A stretch of DNA of 44,505 nucleotides from Parcubacteria group bacterium Gr01-1014_3 (GTDB lineage: Bacteria; Patescibacteriota; Minisyncoccia; UBA6257; WO2-44-18): assembly GCA_007376445.1 (NCBI GenBank), contig VMGF01000003.1:97024-141528 (forward strand), written 5' to 3'. Positions within the stretch are counted from its first letter, which is position 1. Every line of letters begins with the position of its first letter. Below the pieces are notes generated by a model. It had not been told where the DNA came from. It searched no databases and saw only the letters and a list, made by a program, of their open reading frames with translations. The position numbers and the translations under genes are program-made. Positions 34,129 through 44,505 of the stretch are shown in pieces.

Positions 34129-34192
34129 AATTTTAAATTTTTAATTATAAATTTTAATTTAATTTAAAATTGGAAATTTAAAATTTAAAATT
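34129..34192. repeat. AT-rich palindromic repeat, short 64-bp form (copy K)
   Basis: Near-identical to copy C. It lies between the stop of the 34194 gene and the LamG start. Confidence 0.75.
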
Positions 34193-34193
34193 G

Positions 34194-35192
34194 TTATGGT
34201 TGCGGTTCAGGCGTAGGTTCTAGAGTTGGTTCTGGTTCCGGCGCAGGCTCGCCCGCCGCGGCCGGTTCTGGAGCTGGTTCCGGTATTGGTTCAGGTGCAG
34301 GTTCTGGGGTTGGTTCGGCTTCGCTCACCACAGGCGGTTCCGGAGTCGGAATGGGCTCTGGCGTGGGTTCGGGGGTCGGCTCTGGAGTCGGAGTTGGTTC
34401 TGGGATTGGAGCAGGTTCAGGGGTCGGCACAGGAGTCGTCGGAGGAAGCTCAAAAGTACACTCCCCCGGGATCGTCTCGGCTTTGCCGTCACGAACTACC
34501 AAGCAGAATGGCTGGCGGGTATTTAAGTCATACGTGGTGATGCCGGTCGGTTTGTCGGCCGTACCAATTTGGAGCTTCTCGGTTATAAGAGATTTCAATG
34601 CCAAGAAGCCGTCCTTAATACCATTCAGTATGCTCGCGAAAAACCCGCTGACCGTTTCCACGGTCGCAGCGATAAATGATGGCGGTGGCGCAGTATCGCT
34701 AAGCGCGAGAATATCTTCTGGCTTTAAAATAGAATCCGTAATTTTTTTGGCTTTTTCAATCTTTCTCTGAAGCTTCGCTACTTTAATAGAATCAGGATCT
34801 TCTTTGTCTAACTCCTCATCAAATTTTTGCTGTAATTCTTGGATTTTCTCGTTCTTAGTCACTAACTTATCATCGACCCACACTCCTTTTCCTTTTTCGC
34901 CGCGCCACTTAGCCCTATCTTTCCGATCTTTTGGTAATTGATCCGGATCAATATCATCGTATTGCAAACCAATCGTGCCTGGATTTTGAGCAGAGATTCT
35001 ATCCATACACTCAACGAGTGTCTCTTTTTCAACGCAGGCTGATGCCACAAATTGAGTTACGGTAATACCTCCATCCGGTCTATAAAAAACACGGACATTT
35101 GGTAGCGTTGATACATCAGCAAATACCAAAAATGGCATTGCTGATGCAGTCAGCGCGATGGAGAGAATTGTTTTCTTCATAGAATATGTCAT
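34194..35192 (-). CDS. secreted protein with C-terminal (E/T/A/I)P low-complexity tract
   Basis: Signal peptide ([21 protein letters not shown]). The last ~90 aa are PEPTPEP-type repeats. The start could be ATG 35180. It begins 8 nt after the giant gene's stop. Confidence 0.75.
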   Translation of the reverse strand: MTYSMKKTILSIALTASAMPFLVFADVSTLPNVRVFYRPDGGITVTQFVASACVEKETLVECMDRISAQNPGTIGLQYDDIDPDQLPKDRKDRAKWRGEKGKGVWVDDKLVTKNEKIQELQQKFDEELDKEDPDSIKVAKLQRKIEKAKKITDSILKPEDILALSDTAPPPSFIAATVETVSGFFASILNGIKDGFLALKSLITEKLQIGTADKPTGITTYDLNTRQPFCLVVRDGKAETIPGECTFELPPTTPVPTPEPAPIPEPTPTPEPTPEPTPEPIPTPEPPVVSEAEPTPEPAPEPIPEPAPEPAAAGEPAPEPEPTLEPTPEPQP

Positions 35193-35200
35193 TGATTGTT

Positions 35201-38200
35201 CTATTGTAATCCGGTTGCAGTTACTGTTGCGCCATTACAATCAGCCGCTGAATTAGTCATAGTTTTCGTTTGAATACGCACAGAAGAAGGTGTTATTGGA
35301 GATTGGCTTTGCGGATACATTTCCATAATGCAGTCCGCGGCGGCCGTACCCCAGCCACCCAGAGCCACGGCATAATAGCCGGTAGAGAATGGCTGCGCCC
35401 AAGTAACCGTAAAGTCGCCAGTCGTGGTATCGGTTACCGAGCTAACATTAAATGCGTTTCGGATAGCCGCTGTTGCCGTGACTTGATCATACATCAACCA
35501 TCCCTTCACTATATTATTAGCATACAACGTATTCTTCGCCGGTGTCGAAGAGGCAATATCAAATGGAGCGAAGGTAATTTCGGTCACGGTAGTAGAAGCG
35601 GTAAAGGTAACATTGCCATTAAACTGCGCGTCGCCATTTACAGTCAGCTTACCCTGGACGTCAGAGTTATTTTGAACATTCTGATTACCCACATCAAGAG
35701 AGCCTAGCCTAGCCGAACCGGTTTCAACACCGCCAAGATCGTATACAGCGAGTTCGCAATGATTCAGGTTATCGCCGCAGATACCGGTATTCGCTTGAGC
35801 TCCGGTATAAAGATATTTGCCCACAGGCCAGGCCTTAAAAGTTCGAATATCCCGATTAATGCCAGCGACAGGCTTGGCATTAAATGGATTAGAAACATCC
35901 ACGATTGCCACCTCGCAACCTGTCAGCGTGCTTCCAGAGCACGATCCAGAGGAATTTACGCTAGCGACATAAGCATATTGGCCAGCAACCTGCACGCTCG
36001 AAGTACCGGCAGTCCCGCCAATACTCACACCACTCAGCGCCGACACAGAACTGGTCGAAGTATTCAAAATGATCAATTCACAGCCAACCACGGTTGTGCC
36101 CGAGCAAGTTCCGGAGTTTGTTTCTTGTGTGACATACGCGTATTTATCGACCATGTAAGGATTCCGGATGGTGTTCGGAGAAAGATCGATACCCGCGATT
36201 TGAGTGGTAGAGGCCGGATTGGAAATATTATAAATAGCAAATTCGCAACCGGTGAGGTTTGTGCTGTCGCAGGTCCCAGTTTTTGCATTCTTGGTGACGT
36301 ATGCCCGATTGCCGACTATAGACAAACCGGTTCCATTCACCTCGCCGAGTTCCGTTCCGCCAATAACATACGGGACACTTGATGTTGACCATTCATACGT
36401 CAAGAATTCACAGCCTCCGAAGGTCGTCGCGGAACAAGTGGTGTTATTTTTGTCACTGACTACGTAGATGTATTTACCAACGGCGACGACATCTTGAAAG
36501 CCTTCGGCTCTATTCGCCGCGGCAACCGCGACCGGCGCCGTCGGATCGGAAATATCATAGATTACAAGCTCGCAACCATTCGGCCCGTCAAAAGCTCCTT
36601 CGCAATTATTAAGATCATCAAGGACTTTAACTACATAGGCATACTTGCCGGATACAAATATTTTATTCGCGGCAGTACCGCCTGAATCATCAGCTCCACC
36701 AATCGCGGTCGTAGAGGCAACATTGGATATATCATAAATACTAAGCTCACAACCCTCCAGGGATTGTCCCGCGCAGTCGCCGCCGGATGCAGACCTTCGG
36801 ACGACATAGGCATACCTGCCGACTATCACAAAATCCTGGACGCCTGATGTGGAGTTGAAGTCAACTCCACTGATCGGTTTGGGCTCCCCTGGTACCGCGA
36901 GAATCGTCGAACTCGCGATGGTAAACCTCTCTGTCGGAGTACTGGTGCCAATGCCGATATACCCATTCACGCCGCTCACAATAAATAACGGGTTTGTGAC
37001 AGTCGTGGTGCTACTGTCGCCGATCACGAAGATCGGAGTATTAGAACCAACCACTCCCTGCACCGCCTCAATAGAAATCTGACCCCATGGCGTTGTGGTG
37101 CCAAAACCAAGCTTTCCATATTCACCATGAATAGTAGATGTGGCGACAAGGCCATTACCGATATAAATCTGGCGGCCAAAGATATCGATACCGCCAGTAA
37201 TAGTGGTGGTACCGACCACTTCAAGCGCTGTGCTTGGATTGATATCGCCGATACCAAGTTGTCCGGTGGGACTAATGACCACTCTTTCGGTAGCCGATCC
37301 GCCAGTCGCTTGCGTGAAGAATCCGATCTGGCCCGCGTCAGTACCAGCGCTGGTGACATATCCCACTATTCTGGCGACAGAATCATACCCCGCGTCTGCT
37401 GTTGCAGCTCTGATAAATTCAATTCCGCCAAGCAAGTTGCCAGAACCCACTCCGTTACCATGACTGCCCAGCTCAATCATACCTCCTCGATTACCGGTAT
37501 TACGACCGAAGATCGTCAGCGTAGGATAACCGTTCGGATCAGAGGCATAAATATCTCCCACTCCGGCATTTGGCCGGCCAATGGCCACGCCGCCGCCCTG
37601 CGCGTTGAAGGTCGGGCTAGCTTCGCCATTTCTTCCGCGTACCAACAACCCATCATAAATATCCGCTGAACCCTTCACGAATAATCCGCCAGCGGAGGAA
37701 GTCGCCACGCCAACTCCAAGCCCTTGCGTGATATACGCGTTGCCCTGTACAGAAAGCGCGGAAGAAAGCGTGGCCGGACTGGTAGTGCCAACGCTCAAAG
37801 TTGACGTGGCGATAAATGATGAAGCGGTGGATGTGGCTTCGATGTTGAAATTGCCATGAGCTAGACCGAAACCGTGAATAGCGAATGTCGCTCCCGGAAC
37901 GGTAGTTCCGATGCCGACATTATAATTCGCATCAACATGGAGACCTTCGATGGCGGTACCATCTCTTGTAAGGGTCACCGTGTCGTTAGTGGCGATGTAG
38001 CCGACATAACCCAGGAAAGCACCCGCGTTCCGGAATTGCATGGCAGCATTACCAGTCGTGGGATTAACCCAAAAAGAATTGCTGTTGATCTCCAGCTCAG
38101 CACTAGGATTATCTGTGCCGATTCCGACAAAGCCATTATTCCCGCTCACATAAATAAACGGAGTCGCGGTGCCTTGATCCCCCACCACGAAGATCGGGGT

Positions 38201-41200
38201 ATTCGATCCCGTAATTCCTTGAACTGATTCAATGGAGACTTGGCCGAAGGGAGAAGTAGAACCAAAACCTAGCTGGCCATATTCTCCGTGGATAGTAGTA
38301 GTTGCCTGAAGGCCGTTGCCAACAAAAAGATCTGAGCCGGAAACATACAAATCCCCGCCGACAAAGGTATCGGCGCTACTGACTGTTAAGGCGGAAGTAG
38401 CTCCAAAGGAACCGCCGTTATTAAATTGTACTCCACCGCTGGAACCTCCCGGAGTGCCACTGCCGCAACCCGTGCAAGTTCCTTGAATATCAATAGTGCC
38501 AGTAAATGCCACGTCACCGCTGAACACGGAAGTAGTGGCGACCGACAAACCAGTTCCTGGAGTCGTCGTACCAAGCGCTAATTTTCCGCCTTGCTTTATG
38601 CTGACGGTTGTCACGCCACGCGCTCCAACATTAAACGAGTCGCCATCGGCGGCTTGATTGATCAGTACGGCCGGAGATGTAGACGAATGCGAAACTGACA
38701 ACAAGCCGCCAGGAGTAGTTGTACCGATACCGACACGGCCATTTATGATTCCGCCTTTGCCATCTGACTCGGCATAGATTGTCAAAATATCCGTAGAGTC
38801 AACCTGCGCGGAGTAGCCCTCAACAGTTCCCCAAATTGCCGCCGAGGTTACTGGAAGATCAACCCAAGCCACCGCGCCGGCGTTGGTTTCAAAACTCATG
38901 ATCCCAGTTTGCAAATTTTCGATCACCGTCGCCCCACTGGAATAAACTGCAAAGGATGGAGTCGAGGTTCCCTCATCGGCAATGACAAATGATGGCAATT
39001 CCTCGTCTCCTGTATCGAGAATTTCAACAGATACCTGACCCCATGGAGAGGAAGTGCCGAAGCCTGTATAACCATTAACTCCGCTCACATAAATAAATGG
39101 CGAAGAGGAACCTTGGTCGCTGACTACAAAGATCGGAGTATTAGAGCCGACTACGCCTTGCAAGCTCTCAATCGCAAATTGTCCAAAAGGTGAGGTAGTG
39201 GCATAACCGAAAGATCCGTCGCTTGTAACGCGTAATCTTTCAAGCGCCCCCGACTGGAATGGCCGAGTCACAATTGCCAAATCGGCGCTGACATCTCCAG
39301 TTTTCGACTTAACTGCCGCGATACCCACACCAGCGTTGCTATTATAGTCACCCAGCACAAAAGCCAGTCCAGCGGCGGCATTTGCCTCCGAGCTAGGGTT
39401 GTTAATAATAATATCGTGCCAATTATCAGCGCCAGCTCCAGCGCTAAAAGCGGTTGATCGAGTTGGAGTTTGAATGTGGAGCAATCCCAATGGACCAGTT
39501 AATCCAATTCCAACTCTTTCCGTGAAGTAGCTTTCGCCTCCCGACACCACCAATCCCCCGGCCGTAGCCGCGAGACCGTTGGTAGAAGTAACTCCGGCGA
39601 AGGTCGTCGTACCTGATCCCGCAAAATTAACTGTTCCCTGTACATCCAGGCCACCGGTAATATTTACATCCCCGCCAAATATGCTCGTTCCAACGACTGC
39701 GAATTCAGATGACGGCGAAGATGAGCCGACACTCAAAGTCGAAGTCGCGATAAAGCTGGAAGCAGTCGAGGTGGCTTCAATGTTGAAGTTGCCGTGCGCT
39801 ACGCCGAAGCCGTGGATGGCGAATTGAGTGCCCGGAGTGTCAGTTCCAATACCAACATTGGTGTTGTTGGCGAGATACAACTGGTTAGCATTGGTCGTAT
39901 CCGTCACGCCACTACCTGCTTCTAATAATAAATCACCAATGTTCGATCCTTTATGTAGGGCGTAAATTTTGGCATTTATATTGGCGTTATCATAGAAAGT
40001 GATCGCACTACCAGAATTTGCGTTACCATCGCTATTTGTAAATCGCATAGCCTCCTCTGCCGTGTTAAGAGTAGTCTGTATAGTTAATTTCGCGGCTGGA
40101 TTATCGGTGCCAATACCGATCAATGGAGCGGCGTCAGTGGATCTGCCAGAAACATAGAAAACTGGAGATGAAGAACCTGAATCTCCTATCACGAAGATCG
40201 GGGTATTCGATCCCGTAATTCCCTCGACTGATTCGATTGATACTTGGGCGTATGGACTACTGGAACCAAATCCTAGATTCCCGTACTGTCCATACAAAGT
40301 GGAAGTAGCGCTTTTGCCATTACCAATGAAGAGTTGCTTGCCATAGATGTTTAATCCATTGGTGATGCTGGTGGTGCCCACGACCTCCAGTCTTACCTCC
40401 GGATTCGTGTCTCCAAGACCGAAATTGCCAGTCGTCGCGCTTACGGTTAGAAAACGACCCGTAGTAGCGTCATCATTATATTGCAAAAAGAAAGCATTGG
40501 TAGCCGCCGCGGTGTTGTCCGTGATGAGCTGCCAAAGATTAGTAGTGTCAATTCGTAGGTTATATCCTGCAATACCATTAGGAGCGCCTGACACATTGCT
40601 CGCAGTGATCTGTGGCGAGGCATTAGCAAAAACCTCTAAATGCGAAGTTGGGCTAACCGTTCCAATACCAACCTTTTCCGCCAGATAAGTTTCTCCACCA
40701 GATACATGCAACCCTCCCGCCGTCGCCGCGAGACCATTAGTCGAAGTGACGCCGTTGAATGTGGTCGTGCCTGCTCCCGCGAAATTAACTGACCCTTGAA
40801 CATCAAGAACGCCGGTAATATTCACATCACCTCCAAAGACTGAATTTCCTACTACTGCAAAGGGTGATGACGGAGATGAACTGCCGACAGACAATGTGGA
40901 GGTGGCGATAAAGCTGGAAGCAGTAGAGGTGGCTTCGATTCCTAAATTACCTTTAAATAATCCGCCACCTCCAACACTCAACTTTTGGCCAGGAGAAGCA
41001 GTGGCCAGTCCAAGATCGCCATCGCCTTGCAACAAGAGAGCGCTAGTAAAATCACCAAGCTGAACTCGGATAGCTTCAGCGGTTTCTTCACCCTGATAAA
41101 GATAAAATGCCGGTTGAGAAGAAGTGGCGGATTGAATAGTGAAAGTACCGCCTGGGGTAGTGGTGCCGATACCGACTCGCTCTCTGAATACTCCGCCTTT

Positions 41201-44182
41201 GCCATCTGACTCGGCATAAACCGTAAGAGTACTGGTGGCATCAACTTGTGCCGTATAGCTTTCTATCGTTCCCCAAATAGCCGCGGAAGTTACCGGCAAA
41301 TCTATCCAAGTAATCGCGCCAGCGTTGGTTTCGAAGCTCATGACTCCTGTTTGTAATTGCTCGATTGTAGTTATACCGCTTGAGTAAACTGCTAATGCCG
41401 GAGTTGAGCTGCCTTCATCACCAACTATAAACGATGGCAACTCTTCATCGCCGGTATCAAGGATTTCTATGGAAACCTGGCCCCATGGGGACGAAGTGCC
41501 GAAACCGGTATAACCATTTACTCCGCTCACATAAATAAACGGAGATGAAGATCCTTGATCGCCGACTACGAAGATCGGAGTATTCGAACCCGCTACGCCC
41601 TGAACCGCCTCAATCGAAACTTGACCGTATGGAGTGGCAGTGCCAAAACCAAGCAAACCATATTGGCCAAAAATAGAAGAGGTGGCAGTTTTGCCGTTGC
41701 CAATGAAAAGCTGGCTACCGTAAATGTTTATGCCATTGGAAACACTGGTGGTACCGACAACCTCAAGGGCAACTCCTGGGTTTCCATCATTGATGCCGAC
41801 ATTACCGCCATTAAGAATAGTGAGTCTTTCAACAACACCAGGATCAAAAATGGTAAGACGGTCGCTTGGAGCTTCCGCGCCGCGATGATCAATAAACCAA
41901 GAAGTTGCGTTAGCCGTCAGCTCTATTCCAGCGATGCCTGTTGAGGTATTTTCAATTTTAGTTCGTAAGCTAGCGGAACTCGCGATATGTAAAAGATTGG
42001 TATCTGATGGATTTGCAGTTCCAATCCCAACACCCTCGGTGAAATAACTTTGTCCCCCCGACACGACCAATCCCCCAGCTGTCGCCGCTAGGCCGTTGAT
42101 GGAAGTGAGTCCATTCACCGTGGTCGTTCCCGAACCCGATAAATTTACTCCGCCCTGAACTTCTAAATTACCCGTGATAGTGACATCTCCTCCAAAGACC
42201 GATTCACCTACTACGGCGAATGGCGTGGATGGCGAAGATGAAGCTACTGAAAGGGTGGAAGTCGCGTTGAAGCTGGAGGCAGTCGAGGTGGCTTCGATTC
42301 CAAGATTTCCTTTGAATAGTCCACCCCCGGCTACTGATAGTTTTTGACCAGGAGTATCGGTGCCAACGCCAATGTCGCCATCGTTTTGAATTCGGAAACG
42401 CTCCAAGAAGGATGGTGAAACATATGTCTTAAAAACTAAATCTCCAGCAACCGCCGCTGAAGAATTAACCTGAATATAACCGCCATCAGACGCGCCAAAA
42501 GCCAGGATATTCGTATCTTGAACTTGAAGTTGTGAATTTACCGTAACTGCCTGGGTCGTTAACGGGGCATCCGTAAAGAATCCGACTCCCCCATTAGCAC
42601 CGCTGACATAAATAATCGGTGTCGCGGTTCCTTGATCGCCGACTACGAATATAGGAGTGTTGGAGCCAACCACATCTTCATCAGATTCGATTGAAAATTG
42701 GCCGTATGGAACGGTGGAGGCGAAACCTAGATTTCCGTATTGTCCATAGATTGAAGAAGTCGCCTGAAGACCATTGCCGATGTAGAGTTGGCGACCAAGA
42801 ATATCGATGCCGGTTGTTGTGGTGGTCCCGACAACTTCAAGCGCGGTAGTTGGCGAGCTCCTAGCGATACCAACTCGACTGCTGCTGGTGTCCACATTTA
42901 ACACTACGGCGCCGGCAGCGTTAAGAATTCTGAACATGGTAGCAGAATCAGTTACTGGCTGCGAAGTCCAAGTGCCTCTATGGGTAACTGCGATGTTACC
43001 GTCGGTTCTTCCAATGGCAATGGCATCCGTGCCTCCTTGTCCTAAAGTAAGTGAGCCAGCAGGATTCACGATAATATTACCACTGGCATTATTAGTGCTA
43101 AGAGTTAGCGAGCCATTGGTACCTACATCAAATTGAGCGACATCGGCTGTGCCATCTCCGGCTCCGATAGCCAGCTCAACTCCGCCTGGAGCATTGTCTG
43201 TAAAAATACCCACACCGCCATCATCGCCAGTCACGTAAATGATCGGAGAATTCGTACCCTGATCTCCTACTACAAAGATCGGGGTATTCGAACCAACAAT
43301 TCCCTGAACTGCTTCCACTGAAACTTGTCCGAATGGAGTCGTGGAACCGAAGCCTAGATAGCCATATTCTCCATGAATCGTAGTCGTTGCTTGTAGTCCA
43401 TTGCCGACAAAAATATCGGAGCCGGTTACATATAGATCGGAGAGTTCTACCAGATCGGTGGCGGTTTGTAATCTCACGATCGTACCGGTGTCGGTCCAGC
43501 CGGAGGTGGCGCCGGTATCGGCATCCGTGCCGCATTTCACTACTCCGTTCGCGTCGGTATCGAGCGTGTTGCAATCCGGCAGACCGGCTAAGACTAACTG
43601 GGTATCGGAGTGTAACAAGTTGGCGTTGATGTCTCCGGCAAAAGTGGAAGTTCCGGCTCCGACCGTGATCTTTTGATCAAAGATGGCGTCACCCACATCG
43701 ACACGGAGGCCTTCGGAGAGAGTCAGGCTGGTGGCAATGATTCCTCCGGCAAAAGTGGAAGTGCCGGCTGTCGTCACTTCCAAAGTTCCGGAGAGAGTTA
43801 ATGAAGTTGTATTGATATTAGTCGCGGAGAAATTGCTGACGGTCGAAGTTCCACCTCCCGTGAAATCAAAGGTTCCGGTGGAGATGAGGTCTCCTCCGAG
43901 AACGAGACCGTTCTTCACTTCCAGACTTCCTTTGATGAGTTGATTGGCGTCAATGATGGTGGAGGTGCCGGAATTTGAAACAAATAACGAAGCGATATTT
44001 CCTAGGGTTGAGATATTGGTATTGGGGAGGGTGGAGGTTCCTGAGCCGGTAATGGTCAGTTTACCGACAGATTGGATGTCGCCTCCGGAGATGGTCAAAC
44101 CAGCCGCGGAAGATAATCCTCCGGTCAGAGCCACATTCAATCCCCCATCAAAGGTAGAAGTTCCAGTGGATTGGACATTCAA
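35201..44182 (-). CDS. giant repeat-mosaic surface protein (at least 2993 aa): GTSTF repeats, tail-fibre-like modules, 7-blade LVIVD-like propeller, C-terminal domain
   Basis: Single uninterrupted ORF. The 44182 start is only the first TTG after an in-frame stop; homologous coding sequence continues upstream in another frame. See findings for the module map. Confidence 0.85.
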   Translation of the reverse strand: MNVQSTGTSTFDGGLNVALTGGLSSAAGLTISGGDIQSVGKLTITGSGTSTLPNTNISTLGNIASLFVSNSGTSTIIDANQLIKGSLEVKNGLVLGGDLISTGTFDFTGGGTSTVSNFSATNINTTSLTLSGTLEVTTAGTSTFAGGIIATSLTLSEGLRVDVGDAIFDQKITVGAGTSTFAGDINANLLHSDTQLVLAGLPDCNTLDTDANGVVKCGTDADTGATSGWTDTGTIVRLQTATDLVELSDLYVTGSDIFVGNGLQATTTIHGEYGYLGFGSTTPFGQVSVEAVQGIVGSNTPIFVVGDQGTNSPIIYVTGDDGGVGIFTDNAPGGVELAIGAGDGTADVAQFDVGTNGSLTLSTNNASGNIIVNPAGSLTLGQGGTDAIAIGRTDGNIAVTHRGTWTSQPVTDSATMFRILNAAGAVVLNVDTSSSRVGIARSSPTTALEVVGTTTTTGIDILGRQLYIGNGLQATSSIYGQYGNLGFASTVPYGQFSIESDEDVVGSNTPIFVVGDQGTATPIIYVSGANGGVGFFTDAPLTTQAVTVNSQLQVQDTNILAFGASDGGYIQVNSSAAVAGDLVFKTYVSPSFLERFRIQNDGDIGVGTDTPGQKLSVAGGGLFKGNLGIEATSTASSFNATSTLSVASSSPSTPFAVVGESVFGGDVTITGNLEVQGGVNLSGSGTTTVNGLTSINGLAATAGGLVVSGGQSYFTEGVGIGTANPSDTNLLHIASSASLRTKIENTSTGIAGIELTANATSWFIDHRGAEAPSDRLTIFDPGVVERLTILNGGNVGINDGNPGVALEVVGTTSVSNGINIYGSQLFIGNGKTATSSIFGQYGLLGFGTATPYGQVSIEAVQGVAGSNTPIFVVGDQGSSSPFIYVSGVNGYTGFGTSSPWGQVSIEILDTGDEELPSFIVGDEGSSTPALAVYSSGITTIEQLQTGVMSFETNAGAITWIDLPVTSAAIWGTIESYTAQVDATSTLTVYAESDGKGGVFRERVGIGTTTPGGTFTIQSATSSQPAFYLYQGEETAEAIRVQLGDFTSALLLQGDGDLGLATASPGQKLSVGGGGLFKGNLGIEATSTASSFIATSTLSVGSSSPSSPFAVVGNSVFGGDVNITGVLDVQGSVNFAGAGTTTFNGVTSTNGLAATAGGLHVSGGETYLAEKVGIGTVSPTSHLEVFANASPQITASNVSGAPNGIAGYNLRIDTTNLWQLITDNTAAATNAFFLQYNDDATTGRFLTVSATTGNFGLGDTNPEVRLEVVGTTSITNGLNIYGKQLFIGNGKSATSTLYGQYGNLGFGSSSPYAQVSIESVEGITGSNTPIFVIGDSGSSSPVFYVSGRSTDAAPLIGIGTDNPAAKLTIQTTLNTAEEAMRFTNSDGNANSGSAITFYDNANINAKIYALHKGSNIGDLLLEAGSGVTDTTNANQLYLANNTNVGIGTDTPGTQFAIHGFGVAHGNFNIEATSTASSFIATSTLSVGSSSPSSEFAVVGTSIFGGDVNITGGLDVQGTVNFAGSGTTTFAGVTSTNGLAATAGGLVVSGGESYFTERVGIGLTGPLGLLHIQTPTRSTAFSAGAGADNWHDIIINNPSSEANAAAGLAFVLGDYNSNAGVGIAAVKSKTGDVSADLAIVTRPFQSGALERLRVTSDGSFGYATTSPFGQFAIESLQGVVGSNTPIFVVSDQGSSSPFIYVSGVNGYTGFGTSSPWGQVSVEILDTGDEELPSFVIADEGTSTPSFAVYSSGATVIENLQTGIMSFETNAGAVAWVDLPVTSAAIWGTVEGYSAQVDSTDILTIYAESDGKGGIINGRVGIGTTTPGGLLSVSHSSTSPAVLINQAADGDSFNVGARGVTTVSIKQGGKLALGTTTPGTGLSVATTSVFSGDVAFTGTIDIQGTCTGCGSGTPGGSSGGVQFNNGGSFGATSALTVSSADTFVGGDLYVSGSDLFVGNGLQATTTIHGEYGQLGFGSTSPFGQVSIESVQGITGSNTPIFVVGDQGTATPFIYVSGNNGFVGIGTDNPSAELEINSNSFWVNPTTGNAAMQFRNAGAFLGYVGYIATNDTVTLTRDGTAIEGLHVDANYNVGIGTTVPGATFAIHGFGLAHGNFNIEATSTASSFIATSTLSVGTTSPATLSSALSVQGNAYITQGLGVGVATSSAGGLFVKGSADIYDGLLVRGRNGEASPTFNAQGGGVAIGRPNAGVGDIYASDPNGYPTLTIFGRNTGNRGGMIELGSHGNGVGSGNLLGGIEFIRAATADAGYDSVARIVGYVTSAGTDAGQIGFFTQATGGSATERVVISPTGQLGIGDINPSTALEVVGTTTITGGIDIFGRQIYIGNGLVATSTIHGEYGKLGFGTTTPWGQISIEAVQGVVGSNTPIFVIGDSSTTTVTNPLFIVSGVNGYIGIGTSTPTERFTIASSTILAVPGEPKPISGVDFNSTSGVQDFVIVGRYAYVVRRSASGGDCAGQSLEGCELSIYDISNVASTTAIGGADDSGGTAANKIFVSGKYAYVVKVLDDLNNCEGAFDGPNGCELVIYDISDPTAPVAVAAANRAEGFQDVVAVGKYIYVVSDKNNTTCSATTFGGCEFLTYEWSTSSVPYVIGGTELGEVNGTGLSIVGNRAYVTKNAKTGTCDSTNLTGCEFAIYNISNPASTTQIAGIDLSPNTIRNPYMVDKYAYVTQETNSGTCSGTTVVGCELIILNTSTSSVSALSGVSIGGTAGTSSVQVAGQYAYVASVNSSGSCSGSTLTGCEVAIVDVSNPFNAKPVAGINRDIRTFKAWPVGKYLYTGAQANTGICGDNLNHCELAVYDLGGVETGSARLGSLDVGNQNVQNNSDVQGKLTVNGDAQFNGNVTFTASTTVTEITFAPFDIASSTPAKNTLYANNIVKGWLMYDQVTATAAIRNAFNVSSVTDTTTGDFTVTWAQPFSTGYYAVALGGWGTAAADCIMEMYPQSQSPITPSSVRIQTKTMTNSAADCNGATVTATGLQ

Positions 44183-44192
44183 GACGGCCGCG

Positions 44193-44504
44193 TCAATGGA
44201 GACGTTGCCGGCAAAGACGGTGTTGGTAGCAACTCCGAAGCCAGAGAGTCGTAGTGGCTGAAATTGTTACGAATTCCGGAGTATCAGCTGATTCGGTGGT
44301 AGTGCCGATGAGGGTTTGAGGAGAATGGATAACTAGAGAGGATCCATTGAGATCAGTGGTGAAGCCGGAAGAACCGAGACGTAATGGGCTGGTGGTAGCG
44401 TAGACAGCTTTGACTTCCAGGTTAGTGACGGCGATGCCTCCGGAGAAGGTGGAGGTGCCAGAGTTGGTGAGATCGATAGAGTTGGCGGTTAACGTGGTGA
44501 AGGT
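44193..44504 (-). CDS. upstream continuation of the giant gene in a different frame (open at the window edge)
   Basis: Hand translation: TFTTLTANSIDLTNSGTSTFSGGIAVTNLEVKAVYATTSPLRLGSSGFTTDLNGSS...ISATT. It has the same GTSTF and PLRL(G)S(S)GF motifs as the main ORF. It terminates at TGA 44193-44195 after leaving the homologous frame. Confidence 0.5.
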   Translation of the reverse strand, partial: TFTTLTANSIDLTNSGTSTFSGGIAVTNLEVKAVYATTSPLRLGSSGFTTDLNGSSLVIHSPQTLIGTTTESADTPEFVTISATTTLWLRSCYQHRLCRQRLH

Positions 44505-44505
44505 G

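Noticed and set aside
1570-34192. The AT-rich repeats as a CRISPR array.
   Set aside because: The copies are dispersed one per intergenic gap and are internally palindromic, 64-109 bp long. They are separated by whole genes rather than by short spacers. No cas genes are present.
34226-34770. Plus-strand ORFs rich in GSGV repeats.
   Set aside because: They are the mirror image of the PEPTPEP low-complexity tract of the minus-strand secreted protein.

Overview
The window looks like a small-genome, Patescibacteria/CPR-like bacterium. This is inferred from gene content, trimmed housekeeping proteins and absent Shine-Dalgarno (SD) sites; no search was run. Every credible gene, about 40, is on the minus strand. 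In descending coordinates the backbone is: a giant (>3000 aa) repeat-mosaic surface protein, a Pro/Glu/Thr-rich secreted protein and a 4x LamG protein. Next come a DUF4258/DUF2283 toxin-antitoxin-like pair, a secreted helical protein, a four-helix-bundle protein and alaS. Three divergent proteins follow: a thiolase-like protein, an FtsA-like protein and a bitopic membrane protein. Then infA-rpmJ-rpsM-rpsK-rpsD-rpoA-rplQ, rplM-rpsI, murA, a second mreB, holB, frr, rseP, an orphan 666-aa protein, proS, mreB-mreC-mreD-PBP2 and pheS-pheT. The most unusual content is non-coding. (1) Three copies of a 130-170 nt hairpin enclose an 87-88 nt conserved two-hairpin core, with compensatory base changes between copies. 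Two of the three abut stop codons. (2) A visibly GC-richer, roughly 0.8 kb island is bracketed by two of those elements in direct orientation. It carries a near-consensus sigma70 promoter, a strong SD and two small ORFs, whereas core genes have no SD. A second GC-rich segment at the left edge shares this expression style. (3) An AT-rich palindromic intergenic repeat family has eleven full, short or split copies. Its gene-proximal arm puts a TAAAAT box 8-9 nt before several start codons, which suggests leaderless mRNAs. Protein-level oddities are RpoA without an alpha-CTD, MurA with Asp at the fosfomycin-target Cys position, ProRS without the INS domain, AlaRS without the C-Ala domain, and thiolase-like and FtsA-like proteins with degenerate catalytic motifs. 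The giant gene also changes frame near the right window edge.
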